A stretch of 45,038 nucleotides of DNA, taken from positions 1 through 45,038 of the IMG/VR virus record IMGVR_UViG_651053023_000003; one strand, given 5' to 3'. The notes below the pieces were generated by a model. That model saw only the letters and a list, made by a program, of their open reading frames with translations. It did no database searches and was not told the origin of the DNA. Position numbers and translations under genes: made by a program. Every line of letters starts with the position of its first letter. Position 1 is the first letter of the stretch. This stretch comes from a virus. Lineage: Duplodnaviria > Heunggongvirae > Uroviricota > Caudoviricetes. Below, in pieces: positions 1 to 9,365 of the stretch.

Positions 1-1284
1 TTACTTCTTCGCCTCTGCAACCACTTTACTACCCACGCCGCGGTTATTGTATTCCCACATGCGGTTGTAGTTAGTGTCATTCAGATTGCGCTGTATTTCG
101 TCGTTATCATCTACGCTGCCGGTATTACCCGCAAACGGACGATTAGAGATCACCGCATCGGCCCACGGTTTAGCCGTGTTAAAACCTTCGTTGATGGCGC
201 TATCACGGATCACCACCTGACCGTTGGTATTGGCATCAACATCCAGCGAGCGGCCCAGTTGCGCCACACCATCACCGAAAGCATTGAAACGGCTGTTTAC
301 GGCGAGGAAACCGTAGTAAATGTTGGACAGCGTAGCCGGTGCAAACACATACGCTTCTTGCTGAGTACGTGAGTTCACCACGCGGAATTCGGTGTTATCG
401 AACACCACTGCGCCGCGACCAGAAACGATATCCACATCCCCTTCAATGTAGCTGTTGGTCACCAGCGTACGCGGCTGACGATTTGTTTCCAGACGGTTCT
501 GCACACCGCTGTTGGTGACAAAGAAGGTGTTCTGACGACCGAGAATGTTAACGTTGTTAATCTGTACCTGGTCACCATCAGTACGCAGTGCCACCGCCGG
601 ATGGTTACCTGCATCTACGCTATCGCCCAGCGTGTTTTCGATGGTCAGATTTTGCAGTTGCAGGCCATTGTTTTGTGACCAGAAGACCGCAGAGCAGAGA
701 ACACCGATACTGTCGCTGCGTTTGCTCTGGCAGCTATCGTACATATACCACGCTGGTTTACCTGGCATATATTTGCCGCGCGGGTTGACGTCGTGACGCC
801 AGTCGGCAGGGCTCATGCCACCATCAAGGGAAAGCCCAATCTTCACATCAATCGGTTTTTCACCTGTACCGTACAGAGTAATTCCACCCGGAGCGGCAGG
901 GACATATACCGTTCCCTGATACTCACCAGGCATCACGGCAATATACTGGCGCTTGTTGGTACGCTTGATAATTGCCGCATCTACCGCCGCCTGAATCGTG
1001 GTATGCGTTACACCTTGAGTGCCCGCCGGGCCGACAACAAAGTCAGGTTGCGCAGGCAGGGTAATCGGGGAAGGATTCCACGCTGCAGCACCTGGTGTCA
1101 GGGATGCAAAATAGTGTTGAGCATCGAAATTCTGCGCTTCTTTTGCCGACAGAATCGGGCGAGAAGAGGTACCAGGCGCGGTTTGATCAGAAGGACGTTG
1201 ATCGGGCGGGGTTGAGCTACAGGCGGTCAGCGTCACGCCAAAAGCCAATGCCAGCGCCAGACGGGAAACTGAAAATGTGTTCAC
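1..1284 (-). CDS. ybhC: YbhC outer-membrane lipoprotein (pectinesterase-like family); host gene flanking the prophage
   Basis: 427-aa ORF with N-terminal lipoprotein signal peptide (lipobox LTAC); recognised from memory as E. coli YbhC, the gene next to lambda attB. Confidence 0.8.
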   Translation of the reverse strand: MNTFSVSRLALALAFGVTLTACSSTPPDQRPSDQTAPGTSSRPILSAKEAQNFDAQHYFASLTPGAAAWNPSPITLPAQPDFVVGPAGTQGVTHTTIQAAVDAAIIKRTNKRQYIAVMPGEYQGTVYVPAAPGGITLYGTGEKPIDVKIGLSLDGGMSPADWRHDVNPRGKYMPGKPAWYMYDSCQSKRSDSIGVLCSAVFWSQNNGLQLQNLTIENTLGDSVDAGNHPAVALRTDGDQVQINNVNILGRQNTFFVTNSGVQNRLETNRQPRTLVTNSYIEGDVDIVSGRGAVVFDNTEFRVVNSRTQQEAYVFAPATLSNIYYGFLAVNSRFNAFGDGVAQLGRSLDVDANTNGQVVIRDSAINEGFNTAKPWADAVISNRPFAGNTGSVDDNDEIQRNLNDTNYNRMWEYNNRGVGSKVVAEAKK

Positions 1285-1330
1285 AGGTTGCTCCGGGCTA
1301 TGAAATAGAAAAATGAATCCGTTGAAGCCT

Positions 1331-1418
1331 GCTTTTTTATACTAAGTTGGCATTATAAAAAAGCATTGCTTATCAATTTGTTGCAACGAACAGGTCACTA
1401 TCAGTCAAAATAAAATCA
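1331..1418. other. attL: attL: 15-bp lambda att core GCTTTTTTATACTAA (1331-1345) followed by the phage P' arm
   Basis: Exact lambda core sequence; downstream arm GTTGGCATTATAAAAAAGCATTGCTTATCAATTTGTTGCAACGAACAGGTCACTATCAGTCAAAATAAAATCATTATTTG matches the lambda P' arm from memory; int lies immediately adjacent. Confidence 0.9.
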
Positions 1419-2489
1419 TTATTTGATTTCAATTTTGTCCCACTCCCTGCCTCTGTCATCACGATACTGTGATGCCATGGTGTCCGACTTATGCCCGAGA
1501 AGATGTTGAGCAAACTTATCGCTTATCTGCTTCTCATAGAGTCTTGCAGACAAACTGCGCAACTCGTGAAAGGTAGGCGGATCCCCTTCGAAGGAAAGAC
1601 CTGATGCTTTTCGTGCGCGCATAAAATACCTTGATACTGTGCCGGATGAAAGCGGTTCGCGACGAGTAGATGCAATTATGGTTTCTCCGCCAAGAATCTC
1701 TTTGCATTTATCAAGTGTTTCCTTCATTGATATTCCGAGAGCATCAACATGCAATGCTGTTGGGATGGCAATTTTTACGCCTGTTTTGCTTTGCTCGACA
1801 TAAAGATATCCATCTACGATATCAGACCACTTCATTTCGCATAAATCACCAACTCGTTGCCCGGTAACAACAGCCAGTTCCATTGCAAGTCTGAGCCAAC
1901 ATGGTGATGATTCTGCTGCTTGATAAATTTTCAGGTATTCGTCAGCCGTAAGTCTTGATCTCCTTACCTCTGATTTTGCTGCGCGAGTGGCAGCGACAGG
2001 GTTTGTTGTTATATGGCCTTCAGCTATTGCCTCTCGGAATGCATCGCTCAGTGTTGATCTGATTAACTTGGCTGACGCCGCCTTGCCCTCGTCTATGTAT
2101 CCATTGAGCATTGCCGCAATTTCTTTTGTGGTGATGTCTTCAAGTGGAGCATCAGGCAGACCCCTCCTTATTGCTTTAATTTTGCTCATGTAATTTATGA
2201 GTGTCTTCTGCTTGATTCCTCTGCTGGCCAGGATTTTTTCGTAGCGATCAAGCCATGAATGTAACGTAACGGAATTATCACTGTTGATTCTCGCTGTCAG
2301 AGGCTTGTGTTTGTGTCCTGAAAATAACTCAATGTTGGCCTGTATAGCTTCAGTGATTGCGATTCGCCTGTCTCGGCCTAATCCAAACTCTTTACCCGTC
2401 CTTGGGTCCCTGTAGCAGTAATATCCATTGTTTCTTATATAAAGGTTAGGGGGTAAATCCCGGCGCTCATGACTTCGCCTTCTTCCCAT
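1419..2489 (-). CDS. int: Lambda-type integrase (tyrosine recombinase)
   Basis: 356-aa ORF MGRRRSHERRDLPPNLYIRNNGYYCYRDPRTGKEF... matches lambda Int from memory; adjacent to attL. Confidence 0.95.
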   Translation of the reverse strand: MGRRRSHERRDLPPNLYIRNNGYYCYRDPRTGKEFGLGRDRRIAITEAIQANIELFSGHKHKPLTARINSDNSVTLHSWLDRYEKILASRGIKQKTLINYMSKIKAIRRGLPDAPLEDITTKEIAAMLNGYIDEGKAASAKLIRSTLSDAFREAIAEGHITTNPVAATRAAKSEVRRSRLTADEYLKIYQAAESSPCWLRLAMELAVVTGQRVGDLCEMKWSDIVDGYLYVEQSKTGVKIAIPTALHVDALGISMKETLDKCKEILGGETIIASTRREPLSSGTVSRYFMRARKASGLSFEGDPPTFHELRSLSARLYEKQISDKFAQHLLGHKSDTMASQYRDDRGREWDKIEIK

Positions 2490-2685
2490 TTCTGATCCTC
2501 TTCAAAAGGCTACCTGTTATTGGTCGATTTAAGTCAACCTTTACTGCTGATTCGTGGAACAAATACTCTCTTCCGTCCTTAATCGGTGGTGGGAATATCC
2601 TGCACTCGCGTACCCATCGACGAACTGTTTCAAGGCTTCTTGGGCGCCGCTGGCGTGCGTTCCACTCCTGAAGTGTCAAGTACAT
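2467..2685 (-). CDS. xis: Excisionase
   Basis: 72-aa ORF MYLTLQEWNARQRRPRSLETVRRWVRE... matches lambda Xis; overlaps int start. Confidence 0.93.
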   Translation of the reverse strand: MYLTLQEWNARQRRPRSLETVRRWVRECRIFPPPIKDGREYLFHESAVKVDLNRPITGSLLKRIRNGKKAKS

Positions 2686-2769
2686 CGCAAAGTCTCCGCA
2701 ATTACTCGCAAGGGAACGAGTAGTGGTTGATTTTCTCCAACAAAAAAGGAGCCGAAGCTCCTTTGATGA

Positions 2770-3393
2770 TTAAAATTCGAATTGTCTCGCCCGAAGGCTT
2801 TTCAACATTGGTCTTGCCCGTTCGAAAACGGCGCTTGTCTGGTCAAGTCGTGTCGCCTCCCTGAGCAGTACATCTCTGTTTTTCGTCACCGCATAGAAGG
2901 TTTCAAACGCAATGTCATACAGCTTACTCGCGTATGATGAGTTAAGTTCCTTCATTATCGGGTACAGGCGTTTGCAGATGTCCTGTGCATTCTCCATCTG
3001 TACCTGCATGTAGCAGAGGAGGATGATTTCCTCGTCTGTGAATTGCTGCGCTGGTTGCATGCTGCGAAGTTTCTTTTCGCACTCGATGAAGTATCGGCGT
3101 ATCTGGCGGCCTTTTTCGTTGCGCTCGACCATTGCCAGCTCTTTGGCTGTGTCGAGGGTGAGGTGGTAATCCTTGCGGTTGTGACCGCCTCTACCAGATG
3201 TTTGCTTTCCCAAATTGGAAAGCAAAATATAGTCTTGATTTTCAATGAATTCGTATTCTGAAATGCGATTTGTAATCCATGCCGCAAACACCTTTTTCAC
3301 GCCTAAAAAAGCATGCAGATTGCGGGCATTGCAGAGTAGGGCTGTTTCGTTGGCGATAGTGCCGTTGAATACGGGGATGAGTTGACTGGTCAT
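2770..3393 (-). CDS. AntA-domain antirepressor-like phage protein
   Basis: 207 aa; N-terminal segment ARNLHAFLGVKKVFAAWITNRISEYEFIENQDYI resembles the AntA/AntB antirepressor domain; family call from memory. Confidence 0.5.
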   Translation of the reverse strand: MTSQLIPVFNGTIANETALLCNARNLHAFLGVKKVFAAWITNRISEYEFIENQDYILLSNLGKQTSGRGGHNRKDYHLTLDTAKELAMVERNEKGRQIRRYFIECEKKLRSMQPAQQFTDEEIILLCYMQVQMENAQDICKRLYPIMKELNSSYASKLYDIAFETFYAVTKNRDVLLREATRLDQTSAVFERARPMLKSLRARQFEF

Positions 3394-3739
3394 TTTTATG
3401 TCCTTTGCATTTGTTCAGATAGCCCTGTGTTCAGCAGGGCGGTCAGGTACTTGAACACCGTGCAAAGTCGGCCCGTATCCTTAACCTTTCGGCTGTTTTT
3501 CGGTATACGCGCTACCCGACCATATCTGAGAAATGGACATAAAAAAGCCGCATGACTGACGGGTGCGGTTTCCGCTTTGCAAGGTGTGTTCAGCACCATG
3601 AAGCGGAATATAGCCCCGTTAATGCGGATTTGTCAAATCATGTAGGCCTTATCTTGCTGTAAGCCGCGCCATTCGGGCTTTTCCCCATATTTGGGGAAAA
3701 CTATCTGCGAATTATTCACCTTTGACGGCAAGTTGCAGG

Positions 3740-4357
3740 TTAGCCACGCTTAACCTCCTGCGGCGGTTCCGGTAGCGGCATCCAGTGAGTTGCTTGCTCA
3801 ATACCATTACCCGGCTTAATCGTTGCATCTCCGCGCCGAAAGGTGCTTCCGGTATAGCGTGCGGAGCATATTAGCGGTTCAACCAGAGAGCTATCGAAAT
3901 TCACCGAAATAAGCACGTTCTGGCCCTTTTCAGGCATTCGCTCACTACAGCTTATCCAACCATCCTTAATGCAATTACCTTGACTCTGAAGCATAGCGGC
4001 ACGACAGGCGTTCCAGCCTCTCACCTCTGCAATAGCGGCAACAGCATCAACCGCGTACATTTTAAGAGGGTTAGGCATTGGTTTTTCTTCCGGTACTACT
4101 GGAACGGGGGGAGCGGCGTAGACCTCAATAATTCCATTATCAATAGGCCATTCTCCATCCTTGAGGTAGTCACTTGCGCCGTCAACTTGCTGTTCTGCAA
4201 TGTGGAATGCACCTATTGGTTTTGCTTCCAGCGATGCCAGTGCAATTCGTGCCAGTTCTTCCGCTTCTTCTGCTGGCAGTACAACGTTGCTACCAGGTCC
4301 GTATGTTTCGCGCCACTGCTTGATTGTCAGTAGTCGCTCTTTGGTAATAGTGGTCAT
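3740..4357 (-). CDS. Hypothetical early-region phage protein (possibly DUF551-type)
   Basis: 205-aa ORF in the int-proximal ea/b region, co-oriented with neighbours; domain assignment tentative. Confidence 0.45.
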   Translation of the reverse strand: MTTITKERLLTIKQWRETYGPGSNVVLPAEEAEELARIALASLEAKPIGAFHIAEQQVDGASDYLKDGEWPIDNGIIEVYAAPPVPVVPEEKPMPNPLKMYAVDAVAAIAEVRGWNACRAAMLQSQGNCIKDGWISCSERMPEKGQNVLISVNFDSSLVEPLICSARYTGSTFRRGDATIKPGNGIEQATHWMPLPEPPQEVKRG

Positions 4358-4367
4358 AGGTTAGTCC

Positions 4368-4988
4368 TTAATCATCTGCTTGCAGTGGTGGTAAATCCGG
4401 CACTGTTACGCCAAACAATGCAGCCAGCGCACGATAGTTTTGCTCACTGTGATAGCGGCCTTTACAGCGAACCAGTTTTTCAGCGGCTGTAACAATCGAG
4501 CTTTGTTCTGCTATGCGCTTTTCTGAGGCTTCAAGTAACGCCTGCTTGTCGCGTAGTGCTTCTTCCAGTTCAGCAACATGGCATTCACTATCAATGAGGT
4601 TGTTCTCTGTTGCTTCCAGCTCAACACGCAGCTTCACTACCGTTAGCGCAATATCCTCGTTCTCCTGATCGCGGAGTTTGATGTATTGCTGGTTTCTTTC
4701 CCGTTCATCCAGCAGTGCCAGCACAGTAACAGGATTGGCTGCGGCGATGAATTCAGCATTGGCCTGCTGTTCCATTTGGAAATCTTCATCGAAACCGCTT
4801 TCAGGATGCACTCCTTCAATTCTGCAAATGGGAAGATATCCAACAACGTCACGATGAATTAGCGCATCATCACAATCAAATCGGCTCTCTCCATATTCTA
4901 GCGACCACACACCACACGTTGCTTTCTCTGCCTTTTCACGCAGTGCCTGATAATCAATCTGGCTCACTGGTTGCCTCCTTTGCGCCAC
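4368..4988 (-). CDS. Ea22/Ead-like early protein
   Basis: 206-aa acidic, coiled-coil-rich ORF in ea region; resembles Ea22-like prophage proteins from memory. Confidence 0.45.
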   Translation of the reverse strand: MAQRRQPVSQIDYQALREKAEKATCGVWSLEYGESRFDCDDALIHRDVVGYLPICRIEGVHPESGFDEDFQMEQQANAEFIAAANPVTVLALLDERERNQQYIKLRDQENEDIALTVVKLRVELEATENNLIDSECHVAELEEALRDKQALLEASEKRIAEQSSIVTAAEKLVRCKGRYHSEQNYRALAALFGVTVPDLPPLQADD

Positions 4989-5141
4989 ATCGCATTCAGA
5001 TATTTGTTTTGATTCACTGACGGAAAAGAATTTCTCTTAAGTAATTCCTCTCTCGATGGCATTGGCTTTACGCGTTGGCGAATAATCATTTCTGCCGGAA
5101 GAATGCCGGGATTGTATGCAAGTCCTCTCATGGTAAATTCC

Positions 5142-5435
5142 TCAGTCATTACTGATAGCGCCATAGCGTGAGCGGTAATTACGCAGGCGCGGGTCAATTT
5201 CATGGAAGTGGGTATATGTGGCTTTGCGGAATGGTCGGATTGATGTCTGGTAAATTCGCTCGCGTTCTTCTTTCTCTGCAAGCCATATACAATGGCGAAA
5301 TTCCTTTTCCTCTTTCGTTTCCTGCGGTAGCGACATTATCCTGTCGTAGTTTTTCCTGAATTTATCCAGCACCTCCGATACGGAATTGCCGGAACAGCGG
5401 CGCGCGTCGTCCGCACCATACAGAGGCGCTGGCAT
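5142..5435 (-). CDS. Hypothetical phage protein
   Basis: 97-aa ORF co-oriented in early-left operon; overlaps an alternative 105-aa frame (4964-5281), true extent uncertain. Confidence 0.35.
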   Translation of the reverse strand: MPAPLYGADDARRCSGNSVSEVLDKFRKNYDRIMSLPQETKEEKEFRHCIWLAEKEERERIYQTSIRPFRKATYTHFHEIDPRLRNYRSRYGAISND

Positions 5436-5458
5436 AATGGGAGCCTTATTTTAAGTAA

Positions 5459-6046
5459 TCAGAAAGGAGGGTAATCGTTCTGGCTGTAACCATAATCATC
5501 TGCATGATTCTGGCTTACGTTTTTAGAGCGATTGTCTTTATCTTTGAGGCTGGCAACCATGTTGGCGATAGTTTCTGGTTGCTTGCCTTCCGCCTTTTCT
5601 TTAAGGGTTTGACCTGTTTGTGCAATAAACGGGATGCGTATTTCCATCTGGTAGCTGTCTGCGCCAGTCTTTTTGTTTGTGGTTAATACTTTCTGGAGCA
5701 CTAACCCGATTTTCTTTCCATGAAATTCAGGAGCAACAAATTTACTGGCGGAAACCATATGTTGCGTTAATTGTCCAATCCCGGCACACCCCATCATGGC
5801 GTGGACGACATTTGCGCCAAATTTATTTTCCGTTCCGTCATTTTTCTGAACACAGACGCTAAGATATTGGATTTTACGTCCGTCGTCGGATTCGCCAGAA
5901 AACTCAATAAATTTGGCTCCTTTTTCTGATTGCTTTAGTTCTGCTTCAGTAATGGTAATGATATGAGCGCCAGTTTCGTTAATAAAACCACCTTGCCCTG
6001 CGGTCAGTGCTGCTTCTTCGTTATAAGTAAAAATCACGTTGTTCAT
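5459..6046 (-). CDS. Phage SSB-like protein, cognate partner of Sak4 (DUF669-type)
   Basis: 195 aa, immediately downstream of and overlapping the Sak4 gene; acidic C-terminal tail ending ...DDYGYSQNDYPPF, reminiscent of the SSB DIPF tail. Confidence 0.5.
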   Translation of the reverse strand: MNNVIFTYNEEAALTAGQGGFINETGAHIITITEAELKQSEKGAKFIEFSGESDDGRKIQYLSVCVQKNDGTENKFGANVVHAMMGCAGIGQLTQHMVSASKFVAPEFHGKKIGLVLQKVLTTNKKTGADSYQMEIRIPFIAQTGQTLKEKAEGKQPETIANMVASLKDKDNRSKNVSQNHADDYGYSQNDYPPF

Positions 6047-6723
6047 GCTGCGTTTTCCTTAATTTGATGAACATTATTGATGCCGTAGTAATCACAAACA
6101 GTGGCATCGACGAAAGAGAGATCGTTATCAATCTCATTGGAGTCAAACATTCCCATTGGGGATTTAACAGTGTCTGCACCGTTGTTTTTTGTGGTGAAAA
6201 AGAACTGGTCATCACGGGTAAGGGTGCGAAGAACTATAGTAAACATGCCTTCGACAGTGATTTTCTCGTCCAGCATTTTGCCGATAGTTTTCATTTTCAC
6301 GCGCCCCATAGGGGTTTCTTCGGTGTGTGCAAGAAAATAGACTCTCAGGTCATCAGGTGCATCCTGTGCAGCCTTAATCACCTCCCATGCGTGGCGGCCT
6401 ATCTCAGTAAATTTATCAAACGATTTTTCTTCTGAGCGGCGCATAAACTCATTGCTCATCACATACTGGAAGTCATCAACAATAACGATTCTTTTCCCGT
6501 ATTCGTGAGCACGCTTAATTACGGCAACTATTACGTCCCATTTGTCAGTGGTAACTACGGTTCCTTTTTTTGCTCTGGCATCCCATGCAAGCCAGTCTTT
6601 TGATTTAAATGGTAGCGGCTTGCCTATTGGTTTTATAAGTATTGCTTCCTCTGGATTGATATTTCTCATGCTGGTTGATTTTCCGGTGCCAGATTCACCG
6701 AGTATTAATGTCGCAGTTCCCAT
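6043..6723 (-). CDS. Sak4-like RecA-fold recombination ATPase
   Basis: 226 aa with Walker A LILGESGTGKST and Walker B-like IVIVDD; occupies the position of lambda bet/exo. Confidence 0.7.
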   Translation of the reverse strand: MGTATLILGESGTGKSTSMRNINPEEAILIKPIGKPLPFKSKDWLAWDARAKKGTVVTTDKWDVIVAVIKRAHEYGKRIVIVDDFQYVMSNEFMRRSEEKSFDKFTEIGRHAWEVIKAAQDAPDDLRVYFLAHTEETPMGRVKMKTIGKMLDEKITVEGMFTIVLRTLTRDDQFFFTTKNNGADTVKSPMGMFDSNEIDNDLSFVDATVCDYYGINNVHQIKENAA

Positions 6724-6731
6724 AATTTGCC

Positions 6732-6932
6732 TCAGAATGGTAATTCGGATGGGACGGAAAGAAATTCGCGCTCATTCATGCGCTCTCTTTGAGCCTGCCA
6801 TAAACAAAGTTGTTTCTTTGATTTATCTCCCGCTTTACGCCAGTAACGAGCCTCAGCAATGTGATATTCTCTTTTTAATCGACTTAATTCTGGAGTTTTC
6901 GCCAGTTCTACCGGAATCATTTTGACCTCCAT
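6732..6932 (-). CDS. Hypothetical small protein
   Basis: 66-aa ORF between kil and Sak4 in the same operon orientation. Confidence 0.35.
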   Translation of the reverse strand: MEVKMIPVELAKTPELSRLKREYHIAEARYWRKAGDKSKKQLCLWQAQRERMNEREFLSVPSELPF

Positions 6933-7030
6933 TTTCTGTAGGCTTCGATGGCCTCACGAAACATCTTTTCATCGCCAATAAAAGTGGCGATAGTGAATTT
7001 AGTCTGGATAGCCATAAGTGTTTGATCCAT
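6917..7030 (-). CDS. kil: Kil-like host-killing protein
   Basis: MDQTLMAIQTKFTIATFIGDEKMFREAIEAYRKWRSK directly downstream of and overlapping cIII as in lambda; GGAG Shine-Dalgarno upstream of the ATG at 7030. Confidence 0.55.
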   Translation of the reverse strand: MDQTLMAIQTKFTIATFIGDEKMFREAIEAYRKWRSK

Positions 7031-7163
7031 TTTTTGGGACTCCTGGCTGATTAAGTACGTCGATGAGTCGTTTCCATCCGTCACGTAATTTGCGGGTGAT
7101 TCGTTCAAGTAAAGATTCGGAAGGGCAGCCAGCAACAGGCCACCCTGCAATGGCATATTGCAT
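6999..7163 (-). CDS. cIII: CIII (FtsH inhibitor, stabilises CII)
   Basis: 54-aa MQYAIAGWPVAGCPSESLLERITRKLRDGWKRLIDVLNQPGVPKNGSNTYGYPD, essentially lambda CIII from memory; AAGGAG Shine-Dalgarno upstream. Confidence 0.85.
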   Translation of the reverse strand: MQYAIAGWPVAGCPSESLLERITRKLRDGWKRLIDVLNQPGVPKNGSNTYGYPD

Positions 7164-7759
7164 GGTGTGCTCCTTATTTATACATAACGAAAACGCCTCG
7201 AGTGAAGCGTTATTGGTATGCATATAAAAAGGCCCTCACACTGGAGGGCAAAGAAGATTTCCAATAATCAGAACAAGTCGGCTCCTGTTTAGTTACGAGC
7301 GACATTGCTCCGTGTATTCACTCGTTGGAATGAATACACAGTGCAGTGTTTATTCGTATGCCTGTCTTTTAACCACATCAGGCTCGGTGGTTCTCGTGTA
7401 CCCCTACAGCGAGAAATCGGATAAACTCTATTCACCCCCTACAGAGAGAATGATGGAGATTCACCGATGAGTAACTGGTGGCAGGAACTATTACGTTTCT
7501 TCCTGCGTGGTCTTACGCTACAACAGTTAATTCATATGCTTATTATTTTAATTGCCTTGATAATAATCACCCCTGCATCAATTAAAGAGTGGGTAGATAT
7601 AAGGAACCCAGAAATACTTCCAGATCACTGGATGTATTACGCAATGCTTTTGTGTATCAGTTATGTTCTGAACAGGGTGATGGAGTTTATATTTCTGGCA
7701 TCTTCAGACAGATATAAAAAATATCTCAGTAAGAGAGATGAGGCTAAAGTAATTGTGGA

Positions 7760-7768
7760 GACTGAGCG
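7760..7768. repeat. IS10 target-site duplication, left copy GACTGAGCG
   Basis: Identical 9 bp at 9098-9106 directly flanking the other IS10 end. Confidence 0.9.
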
Positions 7769-9097
7769 CTGAGAGATCCCCTCATAATTTCCCCAAAGCG
7801 TAACCATGTGTGAATAAATTTTGAGCTAGTAGGGTTGCAGCCACGAGTAAGTCTTCCCTTGTTATTGTGTAGCCAGAATGCCGCAAAACTTCCATGCCTA
7901 AGCGAACTGTTGAGAGTACGTTTCGATTTCTGACTGTGTTAGCCTGGAAGTGCTTGTCCCAACCTTGTTTCTGAGCATGAACGCCCGCAAGCCAACATGT
8001 TAGTTGAAGCATCAGGGCGATTAGCAGCATGATATCAAAACGCTCTGAGCTGCTCGTTCGGCTATGGCGTAGGCCTAGTCCGTAGGCAGGACTTTTCAAG
8101 TCTCGGAAGGTTTCTTCAATCTGCATTCGCTTCGAATAGATATTAACAAGTTGTTTGGGTGTTCGAATTTCAACAGGTAAGTTAGTTGCTAGAACCCATG
8201 GCTCCTTTGCCGACGCTGAGTAGATTTTAGGTGACGGGTGGTGACAATGAGTCCGTGTCGAGCGCTGATTTTTTCGGCCTTTAGAGCGAGATTTATACAA
8301 TAGAATTTGGCATGAGATTGGATTGCTTTTAGTCAGCCTCTTATAGCCTAAAGTCTTTGAGTGACTAGATGACATATCATGTAAGTTGCTGATAGGTTTC
8401 CAGTTTTCCGCTCCTAGGTCTGCATATTGTACTTTTCCTCTTACTCGACTTAACCAGTACCAACCCAGCTTCTCAACGGATTTATACCATGGCACTTTAA
8501 AGCCAGCATCACTGACAATGAGCGGTGTGGTGTTACTCGGTAGAATGCTCGCAAGGTCGGCTAGAAATTGGTCATGAGCTTTCTTTGAACATTGCTCTGA
8601 AAGCGGGAACGCTTTCTCATAAAGAGTAACAGAACGACCGTGTAGTGCGACTGAAGCTCGCAATACCATAAGTCGTTTTTGCTCACGAATATCAGACCAG
8701 TCAACAAGTACAATGGGCATCGTATTGCCCGAACAGATAAAGCTAGCATGCCAACGGTATACAGCGAGTCGCTCTTTGTGGAGGTGACGATTACCTAACA
8801 ATCGGTCGATTCGTTTGATGTTATGTTTTGTTCTCGCTTTGGTTGGCAGGTTACGGCCAAGTTCGGTAAGAGTGAGAGTTTTACAGTCAAGTAATGCGTG
8901 GCAAGCCAACGTTAAGCTGTTGAGTCGTTTTAAGTGTAATTCGGGGCAGAATTGGTAAAGAGAGTCGTGTAAAATATCGAGTTCGCACATCTTGTTGTCT
9001 GATTATTGATTTTTCGCGAAACCATTTGATCATATGACAAGATGTGTATCCACCTTAACTTAATGATTTTTACCAAAATCATTAGGGGATTCATCAG
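7769..9097 (-). mobile_element. IS10 insertion sequence (1329 bp)
   Basis: Inside end CTGAGAGATCCCCTCATAATTTCCCC at 7769; outside end (reverse complement CTGATGAATCCCCTAATGATTTTGGTAAAAATCATTAAG) ends at 9097; length 1329 bp; intact transposase. Confidence 0.95.
7782..8990 (-). CDS. IS10 transposase
   Basis: 402-aa ORF MCELDILHDSLYQFCPELHLKRLNSLTLACHALLDCK... matches IS10 transposase from memory. Confidence 0.95.
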   Translation of the reverse strand: MCELDILHDSLYQFCPELHLKRLNSLTLACHALLDCKTLTLTELGRNLPTKARTKHNIKRIDRLLGNRHLHKERLAVYRWHASFICSGNTMPIVLVDWSDIREQKRLMVLRASVALHGRSVTLYEKAFPLSEQCSKKAHDQFLADLASILPSNTTPLIVSDAGFKVPWYKSVEKLGWYWLSRVRGKVQYADLGAENWKPISNLHDMSSSHSKTLGYKRLTKSNPISCQILLYKSRSKGRKNQRSTRTHCHHPSPKIYSASAKEPWVLATNLPVEIRTPKQLVNIYSKRMQIEETFRDLKSPAYGLGLRHSRTSSSERFDIMLLIALMLQLTCWLAGVHAQKQGWDKHFQANTVRNRNVLSTVRLGMEVLRHSGYTITREDLLVAATLLAQNLFTHGYALGKL

Positions 9098-9106
9098 GAC
9101 TGAGCG
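9098..9106. repeat. IS10 target-site duplication, right copy GACTGAGCG
   Basis: Identical to 7760-7768. Confidence 0.9.
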
Positions 9107-9365
9107 CCTGTTCAATTCTCTGAGTATTCAGGAAAAAGAGGTTTTAGCATTTGCTGTTATGGCAAATAACAAAATCGTACTTAAGCACGGCGATCCGGTC
9201 GCTTTATCTCTTATGAGAAAAGGCCTTCTCCATCGCTCAGGTGTGACTTACAGCGCGTCAGGTAAAGAGAAATTTGTTATACCTGACGTCTGGTTCCATG
9301 AGTGTTATATGCGCTTTGCTGGTAAAGCTGATGAGCTAATTTAGTTCCTCGACGGCGGGGGATCG

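Larger units (their letters stand above)
7467..9344 (+). pseudogene. sieB: sieB-like superinfection-exclusion gene interrupted by IS10 (5' part 7467-7768, 3' part 9107-9344)
   Basis: Rightward gene convergent with N, as lambda sieB; N-terminal part has a transmembrane segment; joining the flanks across the IS restores one ~178-aa ORF (...VIVETER/LFNSLSIQEKEV...); identity by synteny and size. Confidence 0.6.

Noticed and set aside
3685-3706. Palindrome TTTTCCCCATATTTGGGGAAAA considered as a bidirectional terminator
   Set aside because: The 3' side of the stem is an A tract, not a U tract, on both strands; more likely a protein-binding site or chance palindrome. Kept only as a low-interest observation.
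4964-5281. 105-aa ORF overlapping the 97-aa ORF at 5142-5435 in another frame
   Set aside because: Only one of the overlapping frames can be the main product; the downstream part of this frame might be a separate short gene, but neither option can be supported without homology data.
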